NCBI GenBank assembly: GCA_036554685.1
Contig: DATBMS010000031.1
Coordinates: 949 to 64,948, forward strand
Origin: Nitrososphaeraceae archaeon
GTDB taxonomy: Archaea; Thermoproteota; Nitrososphaeria; Nitrososphaerales; Nitrososphaeraceae
Reading direction: 5' to 3'
Length of the DNA: 64,000 nucleotides
This document shows, piece after piece, positions 30,165 to 40,455 of the stretch (position 1 is its first letter; the number at the start of each line of letters is the position of its first letter). The translations under genes and the position numbers were made by a program. The notes below the pieces were generated by a model. The model did not search any database. It was not told where the DNA came from and saw only the letters and a list, made by a program, of their open reading frames with translations.

Positions 30165-31706
30165 CTAAAGATTAATGTTACCATGTTTCCTAACCGGTCT
30201 TGATTCCCTCTTATTCTGCAATATATTTAGAGCCTTTACAATCATTATCCTAGTTTCAAGCGGGTCAATAACTAAATCAATTATTCCTTTTTCTGCCGCA
30301 ATGTAGGGATTTGCGAACTTTTGGCGATATTCTTTTGCCAACTTCTTTTTGATCTCAATCGGGTTCTTGGAATTCTTGAGATCCTTTCTGTGAACGATTG
30401 TTATAGCAGCCTCTGGACCCAAAACAGCAATTTCTGCGGTTGGCCATGCATAATTTATGTCCGCCCTAAGATTCTTGCTACCCATTGCAATGTATGCACC
30501 ACCATAAGCCTTTCCAATAATACATGTTACCTTTGGAACAGATGCTTCACAGTAAGCATATAGTAACTTGCTACCATGTCGTATTATGCCATTATGTTCC
30601 TGATCTGTCCCCGGCATGTAGCCCGGGGTATCAACGAGAGTAACAATTGGGATGTTGAAACAATCGCAAAAGCGAATGAAGCGAGCTGCTTTGGTTGATG
30701 AATTGATATCAAGTGCACCGGCAAGATACATGGGTTGATTGGCAATAAATCCAATTGCTTTCCCATCAATTCTTGCAAAGCCAACTAGAATATTTTCCGC
30801 AAAATGTTCATGTACTTCAAGGAAATCGCCTTTATCAACGAGTAATTTAATAATTTGCTTCATGTCGTACTGTTCATAAGGATTTTCCGGTAATATCTTT
30901 GAGAATTCTGGTTCAAGTCTATTTGGATCATCCTGTGATTCAGCAGCAGGCGATACCTCAAGATTATTCTGAGGCAAAAATGAAATCAATTTTTTTATTT
31001 TGTCCATACATTCGTATTCGTTTTCTGCAACAAAGTGGGCAACCCCTGATTTAGTTGAATGGGTTCTTGCTCCACCCAGGTCTTCAAAAGACACTTCTTG
31101 GCTGAGAACTTCCTTTACTACTTCGGGGCCTGTAACAAACATCTGACCAATATTTTCAACCATTATAACAAAGTCTGTCATCGCAGGTGAATAAACTGCT
31201 CCACCAGCACACGGACCAATGCTCGCTGTTATTTGGGGGATTACACCAGAAGCCATAGTATTTCTGAAAAATATATCCCCATATCCATCAAGACTCATTA
31301 CACCTTCCTGGATTCTTGCTCCTCCAGAATCTAAAATCCCTATGAGCGGTGCACCAACCTTAATTGCATGATCCATTAATTTTACGATTTTCTTGCCAGC
31401 CATTTCACCAAGGGAACCACCCAAAATTGTAAAATCATAGGCATAGACAAAAACCTGTCTTCCATTGATAGTACCAAAACCCGTAATGACACCATCACCA
31501 TAGTATTTTGTCGAATCAGTATCAGTAGATCTCTGGACAACATACTTGTCTATTTCGATGAAAGAATTACTGTCGAGAAGTAAATCCAGTCTTTCTCTTG
31601 CGGTTAATTTCCCCTTTGTGTGTTGAGCATCAATTCTCTCTTGACCTCCTCCTATCTCTGCTTTTTTTTTCATTTCGTGCAGGCGGTTTATCTTTTCATC
31701 ATGCAT
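30165..31706 (-). CDS. pccB: Carboxyltransferase subunit of acetyl/propionyl-CoA carboxylase
   Basis: GKLTARER, DSGGARIQEG, GPCAGGAVY, KAYGGAY, RKHGNINL. Confidence 0.95.
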   Translation of the reverse strand: MHDEKINRLHEMKKKAEIGGGQERIDAQHTKGKLTARERLDLLLDSNSFIEIDKYVVQRSTDTDSTKYYGDGVITGFGTINGRQVFVYAYDFTILGGSLGEMAGKKIVKLMDHAIKVGAPLIGILDSGGARIQEGVMSLDGYGDIFFRNTMASGVIPQITASIGPCAGGAVYSPAMTDFVIMVENIGQMFVTGPEVVKEVLSQEVSFEDLGGARTHSTKSGVAHFVAENEYECMDKIKKLISFLPQNNLEVSPAAESQDDPNRLEPEFSKILPENPYEQYDMKQIIKLLVDKGDFLEVHEHFAENILVGFARIDGKAIGFIANQPMYLAGALDINSSTKAARFIRFCDCFNIPIVTLVDTPGYMPGTDQEHNGIIRHGSKLLYAYCEASVPKVTCIIGKAYGGAYIAMGSKNLRADINYAWPTAEIAVLGPEAAITIVHRKDLKNSKNPIEIKKKLAKEYRQKFANPYIAAEKGIIDLVIDPLETRIMIVKALNILQNKRESRPVRKHGNINL

Positions 31707-31826
31707 AACAGTTTTAAACAGCATATATTCGCATATAAATTCATTATAGCTAAACCTAGAACTTCTTAATTAGATTGGGTTGTACTTTTGCTAATAATTT
31801 ATTGATTGATTGTATAGAATAGGTTT

Positions 31827-32039
31827 TTATTCCCTCAAACCTGTTCTTCCGCCTCTGGCTCGTCGGAAGTAGTTCATGCCTAGATTATAATTATCATATA
31901 ATGATTCCAACGATTCTATTTCAGACGAAAGACTTTCAAGTTGGGTCTTTGAAACGCTGGGATCATTTTTCATTAATTCAAACTTTTCAATCTTTTCGGC
32001 GAGGAGCTTTCCAACGTTCTGTTCGTACTCGCTAGACAT
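31827..32039 (-). CDS. Small helical hypothetical protein
   Basis: 70-aa ORF co-oriented between rfcL and the carboxylase operon. Confidence 0.65.
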   Translation of the reverse strand: MSSEYEQNVGKLLAEKIEKFELMKNDPSVSKTQLESLSSEIESLESLYDNYNLGMNYFRRARGGRTGLRE

Positions 32040-32188
32040 AAGAAATAGAGAATTTTTGGGGGTTTAATGTTTTTCTATTTCATCGGAAAAGAACCGGAAC
32101 TATCATTATCAGTAACTAGATTATTTCTAATATCTTTCCAGAACTTGTCGCTTGGCGTCAGAACAGTATTCTATTTTGTAGTTAAATT

Positions 32189-33406
32189 CTATCTACGATA
32201 CATCTCTTCTGTTCGTGATATTTCCCTGACCATGACATCGGCTTCTTTCTCTAATGTAATGGTACTTCTAATCAAATTCTCATACTCAGCTGTGCGGGTC
32301 AGGATCTGTTTTAGAGGCTCGAAGTAAAAAGAACCAAATGTACTCCTTGAAGTATGGAAATATAGTGCCAGAATTCGTAGGGTTTTTTTCAATCCCTGTG
32401 CCCTTGAAAAAATGCCCATGTGTTCAAAGCCGATGCTATATCTGTTGTATCGAATATACTTATTCCGGGACTCGTAAAATAATGATTTAGTTAATATCAG
32501 TGGGAAATATCTCAATATCTTCCAGTTTCTCATAACAAGAGATCTACTTAAGATTACATCGAGCTCTGACAGTCGGTCCAAAAGTAAACTGATGGTTGGA
32601 ATACCAATCTTTGACATGACAATGCTTGAGAAAAAAGCAGCGAGTATGTCTTTGCGCCTATCTTCAGAAGACTGTCCAAATCTAGGATCCGAATATGATG
32701 TATCGGCTCTCTGAACAACATCCAGTGCTTCTCCAAAAGTCGTGGAAGAAAAGAATTGGTTTATCATATTTTCAATATCAATATCAAGTACTGGATTTTT
32801 CATGGTTGTATATCCCGCCTTCATGACCTGTGCTGCATTCAAAAGCGACCTAATATCACCAAAGCAATTACGTACTACTGCAATCCTGTCTTCTAGTTTC
32901 ATTGAAGATTTTTGATTTCTAAGAATCCTATTCAAATAAAGCATTGATAGCCTTGGAGGGATTGGTGAGAATGTGATTGTTTTTGATACTTTTGAAATTT
33001 TCTTTATTGCCTCATTTGACTTGTTTGCGGCCATAACTACTCTTATTGAGGGTTCTTTGAATAGATCTAGCAAAAAATCCAGTCCTCCTGAATCTTCCCT
33101 ATTTGAAATTCCATCTATCTCGTCTAGAAAAAGGAGAAAGTTTTTTCCAGTAAGACTCGCATTTGAAAAGATAGGGAAAATAACCTGAGCAAGCCAGTTC
33201 TTATTACGAGTATCGCTTGCATTTAATTCAATCAGATCAATATCAAATTCGCGGCATAATGCATGAACAAATGATGTTTTACCAACACCCGGCGGACCTA
33301 CAAGTAATAGGGGCTTTGATCCATCTGACCACTTAACTAACCATTCCACTATTTTTTTACGGGAATTTTCATTTCCAACAAATTCTGATATTTTGGGGTG
33401 GATCAC
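32189..33406 (-). CDS. rfcL: Replication factor C large subunit
   Basis: GPPGVGKT, ELNASDTR, LDEIDG, GDIRS. Confidence 0.88.
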   Translation of the reverse strand: MIHPKISEFVGNENSRKKIVEWLVKWSDGSKPLLLVGPPGVGKTSFVHALCREFDIDLIELNASDTRNKNWLAQVIFPIFSNASLTGKNFLLFLDEIDGISNREDSGGLDFLLDLFKEPSIRVVMAANKSNEAIKKISKVSKTITFSPIPPRLSMLYLNRILRNQKSSMKLEDRIAVVRNCFGDIRSLLNAAQVMKAGYTTMKNPVLDIDIENMINQFFSSTTFGEALDVVQRADTSYSDPRFGQSSEDRRKDILAAFFSSIVMSKIGIPTISLLLDRLSELDVILSRSLVMRNWKILRYFPLILTKSLFYESRNKYIRYNRYSIGFEHMGIFSRAQGLKKTLRILALYFHTSRSTFGSFYFEPLKQILTRTAEYENLIRSTITLEKEADVMVREISRTEEMYRR

Positions 33407-33441
33407 AAATTAACACCAACATCTTAATAATATTATTAATT

Positions 33442-34578
33442 TCACTTGGAATTTTTGATACTTATTGAGAGATTCTTTTGGAAATACGGGAACAAGTCTC
33501 TACGCTTCATTTCATTAAACCAATAGTGGTTATAATGACTCACTGTCAGGAATAGGAATTTCAAGAAAGGTTTTATTGTCACCTCATCTGGTAACATCTT
33601 CAATGCTGTCCTTGCTTCATCCAAATAGATTTCGCTTTTATCCAATGTAAGTTCAAACGCCATTTCAACATTTTTTGTAACTAGGGAATAGTATAAAGGC
33701 CATGATGGAATCTTTATTCCTCCAGTTACTATTGCATCTTCCATTTCATTGCCACATCCAACACATTCAGCTGCCTTTGCCATACCCAAATGAAAGATAT
33801 CGTTGAGAGGAGGTAGATTTAAGGCCATGTTTCTACCCGCAGTTCCCATGACCGCTCGATATTTTTTGTAACACCCAATCATATTCTCATCACTTATAGA
33901 TTCAGGTTTCAATTTTAGTCTGGCATCAATATACTGTCCAGTCCTTGCATCTTTAAATCCATCTTCAAAAGCCTTTAGTACTGCATCACCTCCAATCGAG
34001 ATTTTATGTCGGGCTATCTCAAGGATATAGGGATTCATCAGCTTGTAATCATCTAGAAATTCGATATCTTCGTCTGCGTCCATTATCCTGTCCATTGGTT
34101 CACTTAGGTCAATGGCAATTAAATGCCCATCAACAATAGCGTTCCTTACCTCTTTAGATACAGGCTCTTTATAGAAATCTGAAGCACTGTCAATAAGAGC
34201 GGTGAGGACAGGAAAGGTCATTTTTACAAAGTTAGAATTCAGTATCCTCTGCACCCTATCGGCCAACACGTCTGGGTTTGAGAGCCTTTTCCGTACTGAA
34301 TCAATCTTTGAATCATCTAAGGATAAATCATTTGCTTTTATCTCACCTACAAATTTTTTCATTGTTGCTTTAGGATTTGGATCTGAAATCAGTTTTTGAT
34401 GCAAAGATAGCAGAAATCTTTTTGTAAATTCTGCAAATTCCTTTTCAGACTGGACCTTGTATTTACTATATTGCTTATACCCTTGTTCCTGTAATAGTAC
34501 CTGCTTTATTATTTTCTTACCTGAGTTAGTACTCATTAATGAAACCTTTGAAAAAATTTTATTTTCTTTAGCGCTCAT
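33442..34578 (-). CDS. Hypothetical all-alpha protein, possibly degenerate isoprenoid-synthase fold
   Basis: 378-aa ORF behind rps7; DRIMDADED, GQYID, NEMED, K.PSWP, Y..EA..AL..LP (see findings). Confidence 0.75.
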   Translation of the reverse strand: MSAKENKIFSKVSLMSTNSGKKIIKQVLLQEQGYKQYSKYKVQSEKEFAEFTKRFLLSLHQKLISDPNPKATMKKFVGEIKANDLSLDDSKIDSVRKRLSNPDVLADRVQRILNSNFVKMTFPVLTALIDSASDFYKEPVSKEVRNAIVDGHLIAIDLSEPMDRIMDADEDIEFLDDYKLMNPYILEIARHKISIGGDAVLKAFEDGFKDARTGQYIDARLKLKPESISDENMIGCYKKYRAVMGTAGRNMALNLPPLNDIFHLGMAKAAECVGCGNEMEDAIVTGGIKIPSWPLYYSLVTKNVEMAFELTLDKSEIYLDEARTALKMLPDEVTIKPFLKFLFLTVSHYNHYWFNEMKRRDLFPYFQKNLSISIKNSK

Positions 34579-34691
34579 TTACAATTCTTTCAGAATATTC
34601 CGTAGTTATTTAACTTTCAGCTTAAATATATTTACTTGGAAATTCAAGGGTTAAAAAAAGCCCCGATTAATATTTAGCAGAGCAAACACCG

Positions 34692-35294
34692 CTACCTTGA
34701 CGACATTGCAATTCTTTCTTGTTCATTCTTCTTCTTTACAGAATGACTTTCCATGGAATTTTTTGAGGCCGAAATGATCTCTTTTGCCAGAGCCTCTTCG
34801 ATAGTCTTTGGATTTGAATAACTCGATTCCCTTACTCCTTCTGCGATAAACCTGAGTGCAAGATCAATCCGTCTTAACGGTGCCACATCAACAGAGACGT
34901 GATATACAACACCTCCATAAACGATTCTAGTGGTGTCTTCGTTAGGTGCAGCATTTTCAATTGCCCTAATTAGAAGTTCCACGGGATTGTTGCCAGTTTC
35001 ATGATAGATCAAGTCAAGTGCAGTTTTCACAGTTTTTATCATTCTGCCCTTTTTACCACCCATTCTTCCAGTATTTTTTGCATATTTCTTGCCAAAGTGC
35101 ATTAATTTGTTTACCAGTCTTTCAATAATATGGACTTCTGCTTTCTTTAATCGCTGATGTTCATGCCTTCCAAAGCTAATAGGAATTATTGCAGGATCTA
35201 ATGCAATGACATTTTTCAAACCTGAATCCTGGATTTCAATATCATCTGTATTCCACTTGTTAAACAACAGCATGACACTTTCTTTTGTAACCAT
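34692..35294 (-). CDS. rps7: 30S ribosomal protein S7
   Basis: IIERLVNKLM, AIENAAP.E, VDVAPLRRIDLAL, ERIA.SSR. Confidence 0.97.
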   Translation of the reverse strand: MVTKESVMLLFNKWNTDDIEIQDSGLKNVIALDPAIIPISFGRHEHQRLKKAEVHIIERLVNKLMHFGKKYAKNTGRMGGKKGRMIKTVKTALDLIYHETGNNPVELLIRAIENAAPNEDTTRIVYGGVVYHVSVDVAPLRRIDLALRFIAEGVRESSYSNPKTIEEALAKEIISASKNSMESHSVKKKNEQERIAMSSR

Positions 35295-35299
35295 TCAAA

Positions 35300-35737
35300 T
35301 CATCTCCTCGGTTTTTCTTTTCTTCCGTAGACGAGCTCTATAAGTGATACTCCGTTTACTTTAAACACTTGCCATCTAACTCCCGGAATATCTCCCATAG
35401 CACCACCCATTGAACCTCCAATTCCCTCTAACAAGACTTCGTCATGCTCATCTATATAATTTAGAGCACCGTCTCGTGGAAGGAATGCTGTAATGGATTT
35501 TCCATTCTTGATTAATTGGACTCTAACACACTTTCTCACAGCAGAGTTTGGCTGCTTTGATTCGATTCCAACTTTTTCTAGAACAATTGCTCTTGCCTGT
35601 GGAGCTCCTTCCAACGGGTTTGCTTTTTTGTCGAGCATCAACTTTCGCCTCTTATAGTACTTGTTTGACCATCTCATGCTTTTTCTTTTTGATTTTAAAA
35701 CTCTTCCAGAAAAAAGTCCTAATGGTGATTTTGCCAT
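35300..35737 (-). CDS. rps12: 30S ribosomal protein S12
   Basis: [22 protein letters not shown]. Confidence 0.98.
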   Translation of the reverse strand: MAKSPLGLFSGRVLKSKRKSMRWSNKYYKRRKLMLDKKANPLEGAPQARAIVLEKVGIESKQPNSAVRKCVRVQLIKNGKSITAFLPRDGALNYIDEHDEVLLEGIGGSMGGAMGDIPGVRWQVFKVNGVSLIELVYGRKEKPRR

Positions 35738-35750
35738 TTACCATCTAACC

Positions 35751-36212
35751 TCAATTATTCTGAGCATGATCTTCACTCACTATCATAACGTTTGAAATCT
35801 GAAAATATCTTTTTGCCAACATTCTTGCCTTCTCAGCATTACGTCCCTCTTTACCCACTACTATGCCTTTCTTTTTTGAATCGACTACCACAACAGCTTG
35901 TCTTGAACCATCAAATCTATTATTAATCTTTATTTCGTTTATCATGTCTGAGTTAAGGACATTCCCCAAAAAAGCAGAAGGATCTTCTGAGTATTCAACC
36001 AATTCAACTTTCTTTGTAACAATTCCTTGTAGCTGTCTTATTGTTGCCCCACCTTTTCCAATTGCCAGGCCCATCTGACCCTTATTTACAATGAAAATTA
36101 CCCTATCCATCTTCTCGTCAACAACACAATCGCGTGCAACAGCACCAGTTATATTTTGAAATAAGGACATTAATCTTAATTCTCCGGAAGTTAGTTTGAT
36201 TTTTTCAGTCAA
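35751..36212 (-). CDS. nusA: Archaeal NusA-like transcription factor
   Basis: Two KH motifs (AIGKGG, VGKEGRN); canonical position in the operon. Confidence 0.95.
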   Translation of the reverse strand: MTEKIKLTSGELRLMSLFQNITGAVARDCVVDEKMDRVIFIVNKGQMGLAIGKGGATIRQLQGIVTKKVELVEYSEDPSAFLGNVLNSDMINEIKINNRFDGSRQAVVVVDSKKKGIVVGKEGRNAEKARMLAKRYFQISNVMIVSEDHAQNN

Positions 36213-36342
36213 TTTAATCCTTCATCTACAATTAATTTGTTTGACGGATTTGAAATTTGGTTGTCCCTTTCCATTTTGCAGTCATTCATTAATTTCAATT
36301 ATGTGAAAATTTTTTCAAAACAACAGTAATTTACCATTTATA

Positions 36343-36651
36343 TCATTTATTTCCAAATTCATTTAGTAATTCCTCAATTTCATTATCCTTGCCAATTTTG
36401 AGAGATATCGCACTGATTCTAAACGTCTTGTTACATAATCTGCCTAGTTGAACCGAATTACCATTATAGTTAAACGTTGGTACCTTTGTAGCTTTTGCTT
36501 CCTGCAAGATTTTAGATCTATCCGTGTCCATTAATGAGTCTGAAAGAACTATTAATTTTGAGCCCTTAATAGAACCCATTACTTCCCTGGTTCCTATTTT
36601 GCATTTGTTAGAACTAATTGCTTCCTTGATTGTTTTTTCGAGATTTTTCAT
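36343..36651 (-). CDS. rpl30e: 50S ribosomal protein L30e
   Basis: IGTREV, GNSVQLGRLCNK.FR; lies between rpoA and nusA. Confidence 0.9.
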   Translation of the reverse strand: MKNLEKTIKEAISSNKCKIGTREVMGSIKGSKLIVLSDSLMDTDRSKILQEAKATKVPTFNYNGNSVQLGRLCNKTFRISAISLKIGKDNEIEELLNEFGNK

Positions 36652-39600
36652 TTTCATCCTTCACACTCATATATAGATCGACCATACCCGTACCGATAGG
36701 TACAGTGGCGCCTACTATAACGTTTTCTGTTACGCCTTTAAGGGACTCTACCTGTCCTTCCAAAGATGCTTTTGCTATTGTGGGTACAGTAATTTCAAAG
36801 GCAGCACGTGCCAGTACCGAAGTTTTGGTACCTGCAATTCCATGTCTTCCAATTTGCTGCAAATGTCCTTTTGAAGTCATTAGATCAGCAACCAGCATTA
36901 TATGTCTCATGTCAACTTCTAGTCCTTGCTCTTCCAACGTATTAGTTATTTCCTTAATTAGCGCATTTCTTGCAGCTTCTATTCCGAGAGTCTGCCAAAC
37001 TTCATAAACATTATTTGTTGTAACTCTTGAAGTGTCGATACCATCTATTGCAATAATCTTGGACAGATTTGAACCAGCAGTTTGAATAACCCATTCTTCA
37101 TCTTGTTTCACTATTGTTACTCTTTCGATATCCTGTACACCTTTGACTCTTGCATTCAATAGTTTGTTTTTCATTGTTAGTAACGTTTGTGCATCGGGTT
37201 CACCTGCAATAGTAATTTTTATAATTTTCTTTGCTTCCTGTAAAGTAACATCATATTTTTTCTTGGGCCCCTTTAGCACTTCCATAATATCTTCTATTGA
37301 ACAGCCTCGCTCAGATAATTTTGAGTCAGAAATATGGAATGTCAGTATACCAGAATAATCAGTCTCGCTCCTTTCAATTAGATCAGCAACCTTTGTAAAT
37401 ATTATCTCTCTTGCTACGTTAAGAGCCTTTTCCCTTGAGACTCTATGTTCCTCGTCCAGATATACATCCATTGTAGGTGTAACAGGCTTCTTTCTTGCAT
37501 CGACGAGTTCTATTAGCCTTGGAAGTCCCAACGTGACATTTCTTTCCTTAACTCCTGCAAAGTGGAATGTTCTAAGTGTCATCTGAGTTCCTGGTTCACC
37601 TATTGATTGAGCAGTAACAACTCCCACAGCCTCTCCGGGTTCTACCATGGCTCTGTTGATTAGATCAATCATTTTCTTTATAACTTTGTTAGCGCCATCT
37701 CTGCTTATTTTGCTTTGACTAAGAGACAGTAACAATTTTTCTCTAAGCTTTGGATTAAGAGTTTTTGAGTGTTTATTCACAAGTTCTGAAATCTCCTTTT
37801 CGGTGGCTTTTTTGCCTTCATCGACAAGTAGTTCTCCTTCTATTAGTCTAGAAATATTTACAGCATCACCATGATCACTTTTTGCTGGATCTATCCCGTC
37901 TTCTCCATACACAAATTGGATTATGTTGCCATGTGGATCTCTAACAGTTTGATCATATTCTATCTTCAGGTGTTCAAGGGCATTGATCAATCTTCTTTGC
38001 ATATATCCAGACTGTTGTGTCCTTACTGCAGTATCGACAAGTCCCTCTCTACCTCCCATAGCATGGAAGAAAAATTCTAGTGGACTTAAACCGTCTCTAT
38101 AATTGGATTTTACAAACCCTTTAGAATCAGGATTAGCGTCATTCGGTTTGAAATGAGGAAGTGATCTTTCTCTATATCCTTTGGTGATTCTTCTACCTCG
38201 AATTGACTGCTGGCCTAGTGCAGCCGTCATCTGTCCAATATTTAGTGTTGAACCCCTTGCTCCGGTGGATGCCATAATGACACCTGAGTTGTCATCTGGA
38301 AAGGCACGGTCTGCTGTTTTTCCAGCTCTGTCACGAGCTCTTGAAAGTTCGTTTACTACATAGAGTTCCAATGCTTCTGAAGGTGATAAACCTCTTGTTA
38401 ATGGTAATGTTTCATCATCGTGTTGTTTTATTAATTCATATACTTTTTCATATGCCTTGAGAATAACATTACTAATCTCCTCTCTCGTTTCATCTGACAA
38501 CCAGAGATCAGAGTAGCCGTATGAAAAACCGTTATGTGTAATATAGGTTTTTAATACAATTAGGATTGAATCCAAAAATCGCTTTGCTGCCTCGTTTCCA
38601 TAATCTTTGGCTATTCTGTGTAAAACACTGTCTGGTTCTTCTGCACCAATAGAGGCCTTGTCAATAACTCCACTGATCAGTTCGCCATTCTTTATGACAA
38701 CGTCTTTGCCTTCGCCCTTTGATGCCTTGTTCCATTTTGAGGTAATAACAAAATTAAAGTCCTTTGGCAAGAAGAGTGAAAAAAGCTGTTTTCCAGTATA
38801 GATTTTTCTGCCGTTCTCATGATGCTTTGGCTCAGGTAGAGGTCCTGAATATCCGCCTAGTAATGCCAGATTTGTAAATTCTTCTTCTTTCAAAAATGTC
38901 TTATCCTGCGTAAGGATAAATGCACCAGTTATGAAATCCCTTATTGCACCAATTATTGGCCCTCCGTACCTTGGAGAAATTAACTGGTCCTGTACTCTCA
39001 TCAATAGCGCAGCCTCGGCACGTGCCTCTTCGCTCTGTGGAACGTGAAGGTTCATTTCATCACCATCAAAATCTGCGTTATAAGGAGGGCATACTGCAGG
39101 ATGTAGTCTAAATGTTCTGTACGGCAGTACCTTTACATAATGTGCCATAATTGACATCCTATGTAAAGATGGTTGTCTGTTAAAGATTACCGCATCTCCA
39201 TCACGTAAGTGCCTCTCTACAACGTATCCAGGACTAATTGAATCGGCCAGGATATTTCTATCGGTAACATAATCAAGTCGTATTTTTACGCCATCCGTTC
39301 TAATTATATAATTGGCTCCAGGATATTCGTTTGGTCCGTTAGTTATCATTTTCTTCAAGTCTTCAATGTTCCAGTCGCTAACTGTTTCTGGTATCGTTAG
39401 TTTTTTTGCTACATCAACAGGTACACCAACATCGGAGATTGTCAAATTGGGATCTGGAGAGATAACGGTTCTGCTGGAAAAATCTACTCTCTTGCCAGAT
39501 AACGAACCTCTGAAGCGTCCTTCCTTTCCCTTTAGCCTCTGAGTTAGTGTTTTTAATGGCCTGCCGGATCTATGATGAGCCTGTGGAATGCCAGATACTT

Positions 39601-40450
39601 CATTATCAAAATACGTAGTTACATGATACTGTAGTAGATCTACCAAGTCCTGAACAATCAGAGGAGGAGTGCCGGCTTCTTTGCTTTCTTTAAGTCTTTG
39701 ATTGACTCGGATAATGTCGACTAATTTATGAGTGAGGTCGTCCTCTGATCTTATTCCAGTTTCTAGAATAATTGACGGCCTAACGGTAACCGGAGGTACC
39801 GGTAGAACTTGCAAAACAAACCATTCTGGCCTTGCCGTTTGCGGGTCATATCCTAAGAGAACCAGATCATCATTTGGAATATTCATCAGCCTTTCTCTGA
39901 TTGTAATTGGAAGAAGCCTGTTTTCACCAATTTCTGTTTTTTCTACAAATATTGTGGGCTTTGTAAAGACAAGATCATATTGCTCCTTTTGACAATGAGG
40001 ACAAATCTTTACCTTCTTGGCTTTTTCTATTATTTCCTCTTTGATATTTTCAAGAGTGATTACTGCATATGCAGCCTTTGTATCTCGAAGAGTCTTGTAT
40101 TTTGCGAGGTCCTCATTTGAAAGTTTTATTCTGCTACATGACCTGCAAGAGACAAGTAATAGTTTGTGAATATCATCCACAAAAGCAATATGCAATACTG
40201 CTTCAGCCAATTCAATATGGCCAAAGTGTCCGGGGCAGTTGGCAGATGTATTTCCACAAGTTCCACACTTTTGTCCGGGTTCTAATGTTCCGAGTCTATT
40301 GTCCATGAGACCACCCTGGACGGCCATCCCATCCTCATCATATGTTTCTGGAGCAGTGATTTCAACCACACTGTACTTGCGTGTCTCAACAGGGGATAGT
40401 ACGCTAAACCTTATGCTGCCTAAAATTTTTAGAGTGTCTACAAGTTCCAT
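36614..40450 (-). CDS. rpoA1: DNA-directed RNA polymerase subunit A (fused A'/A'')
   Basis: CPGHFGH, NADFDGDEMN catalytic motif, AQSIGEPGTQMT in one 1278-aa ORF. Confidence 0.98.
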   Translation of the reverse strand: MELVDTLKILGSIRFSVLSPVETRKYSVVEITAPETYDEDGMAVQGGLMDNRLGTLEPGQKCGTCGNTSANCPGHFGHIELAEAVLHIAFVDDIHKLLLVSCRSCSRIKLSNEDLAKYKTLRDTKAAYAVITLENIKEEIIEKAKKVKICPHCQKEQYDLVFTKPTIFVEKTEIGENRLLPITIRERLMNIPNDDLVLLGYDPQTARPEWFVLQVLPVPPVTVRPSIILETGIRSEDDLTHKLVDIIRVNQRLKESKEAGTPPLIVQDLVDLLQYHVTTYFDNEVSGIPQAHHRSGRPLKTLTQRLKGKEGRFRGSLSGKRVDFSSRTVISPDPNLTISDVGVPVDVAKKLTIPETVSDWNIEDLKKMITNGPNEYPGANYIIRTDGVKIRLDYVTDRNILADSISPGYVVERHLRDGDAVIFNRQPSLHRMSIMAHYVKVLPYRTFRLHPAVCPPYNADFDGDEMNLHVPQSEEARAEAALLMRVQDQLISPRYGGPIIGAIRDFITGAFILTQDKTFLKEEEFTNLALLGGYSGPLPEPKHHENGRKIYTGKQLFSLFLPKDFNFVITSKWNKASKGEGKDVVIKNGELISGVIDKASIGAEEPDSVLHRIAKDYGNEAAKRFLDSILIVLKTYITHNGFSYGYSDLWLSDETREEISNVILKAYEKVYELIKQHDDETLPLTRGLSPSEALELYVVNELSRARDRAGKTADRAFPDDNSGVIMASTGARGSTLNIGQMTAALGQQSIRGRRITKGYRERSLPHFKPNDANPDSKGFVKSNYRDGLSPLEFFFHAMGGREGLVDTAVRTQQSGYMQRRLINALEHLKIEYDQTVRDPHGNIIQFVYGEDGIDPAKSDHGDAVNISRLIEGELLVDEGKKATEKEISELVNKHSKTLNPKLREKLLLSLSQSKISRDGANKVIKKMIDLINRAMVEPGEAVGVVTAQSIGEPGTQMTLRTFHFAGVKERNVTLGLPRLIELVDARKKPVTPTMDVYLDEEHRVSREKALNVAREIIFTKVADLIERSETDYSGILTFHISDSKLSERGCSIEDIMEVLKGPKKKYDVTLQEAKKIIKITIAGEPDAQTLLTMKNKLLNARVKGVQDIERVTIVKQDEEWVIQTAGSNLSKIIAIDGIDTSRVTTNNVYEVWQTLGIEAARNALIKEITNTLEEQGLEVDMRHIMLVADLMTSKGHLQQIGRHGIAGTKTSVLARAAFEITVPTIAKASLEGQVESLKGVTENVIVGATVPIGTGMVDLYMSVKDENEKSRKNNQGSN

Positions 40451-40455
40451 AATCT

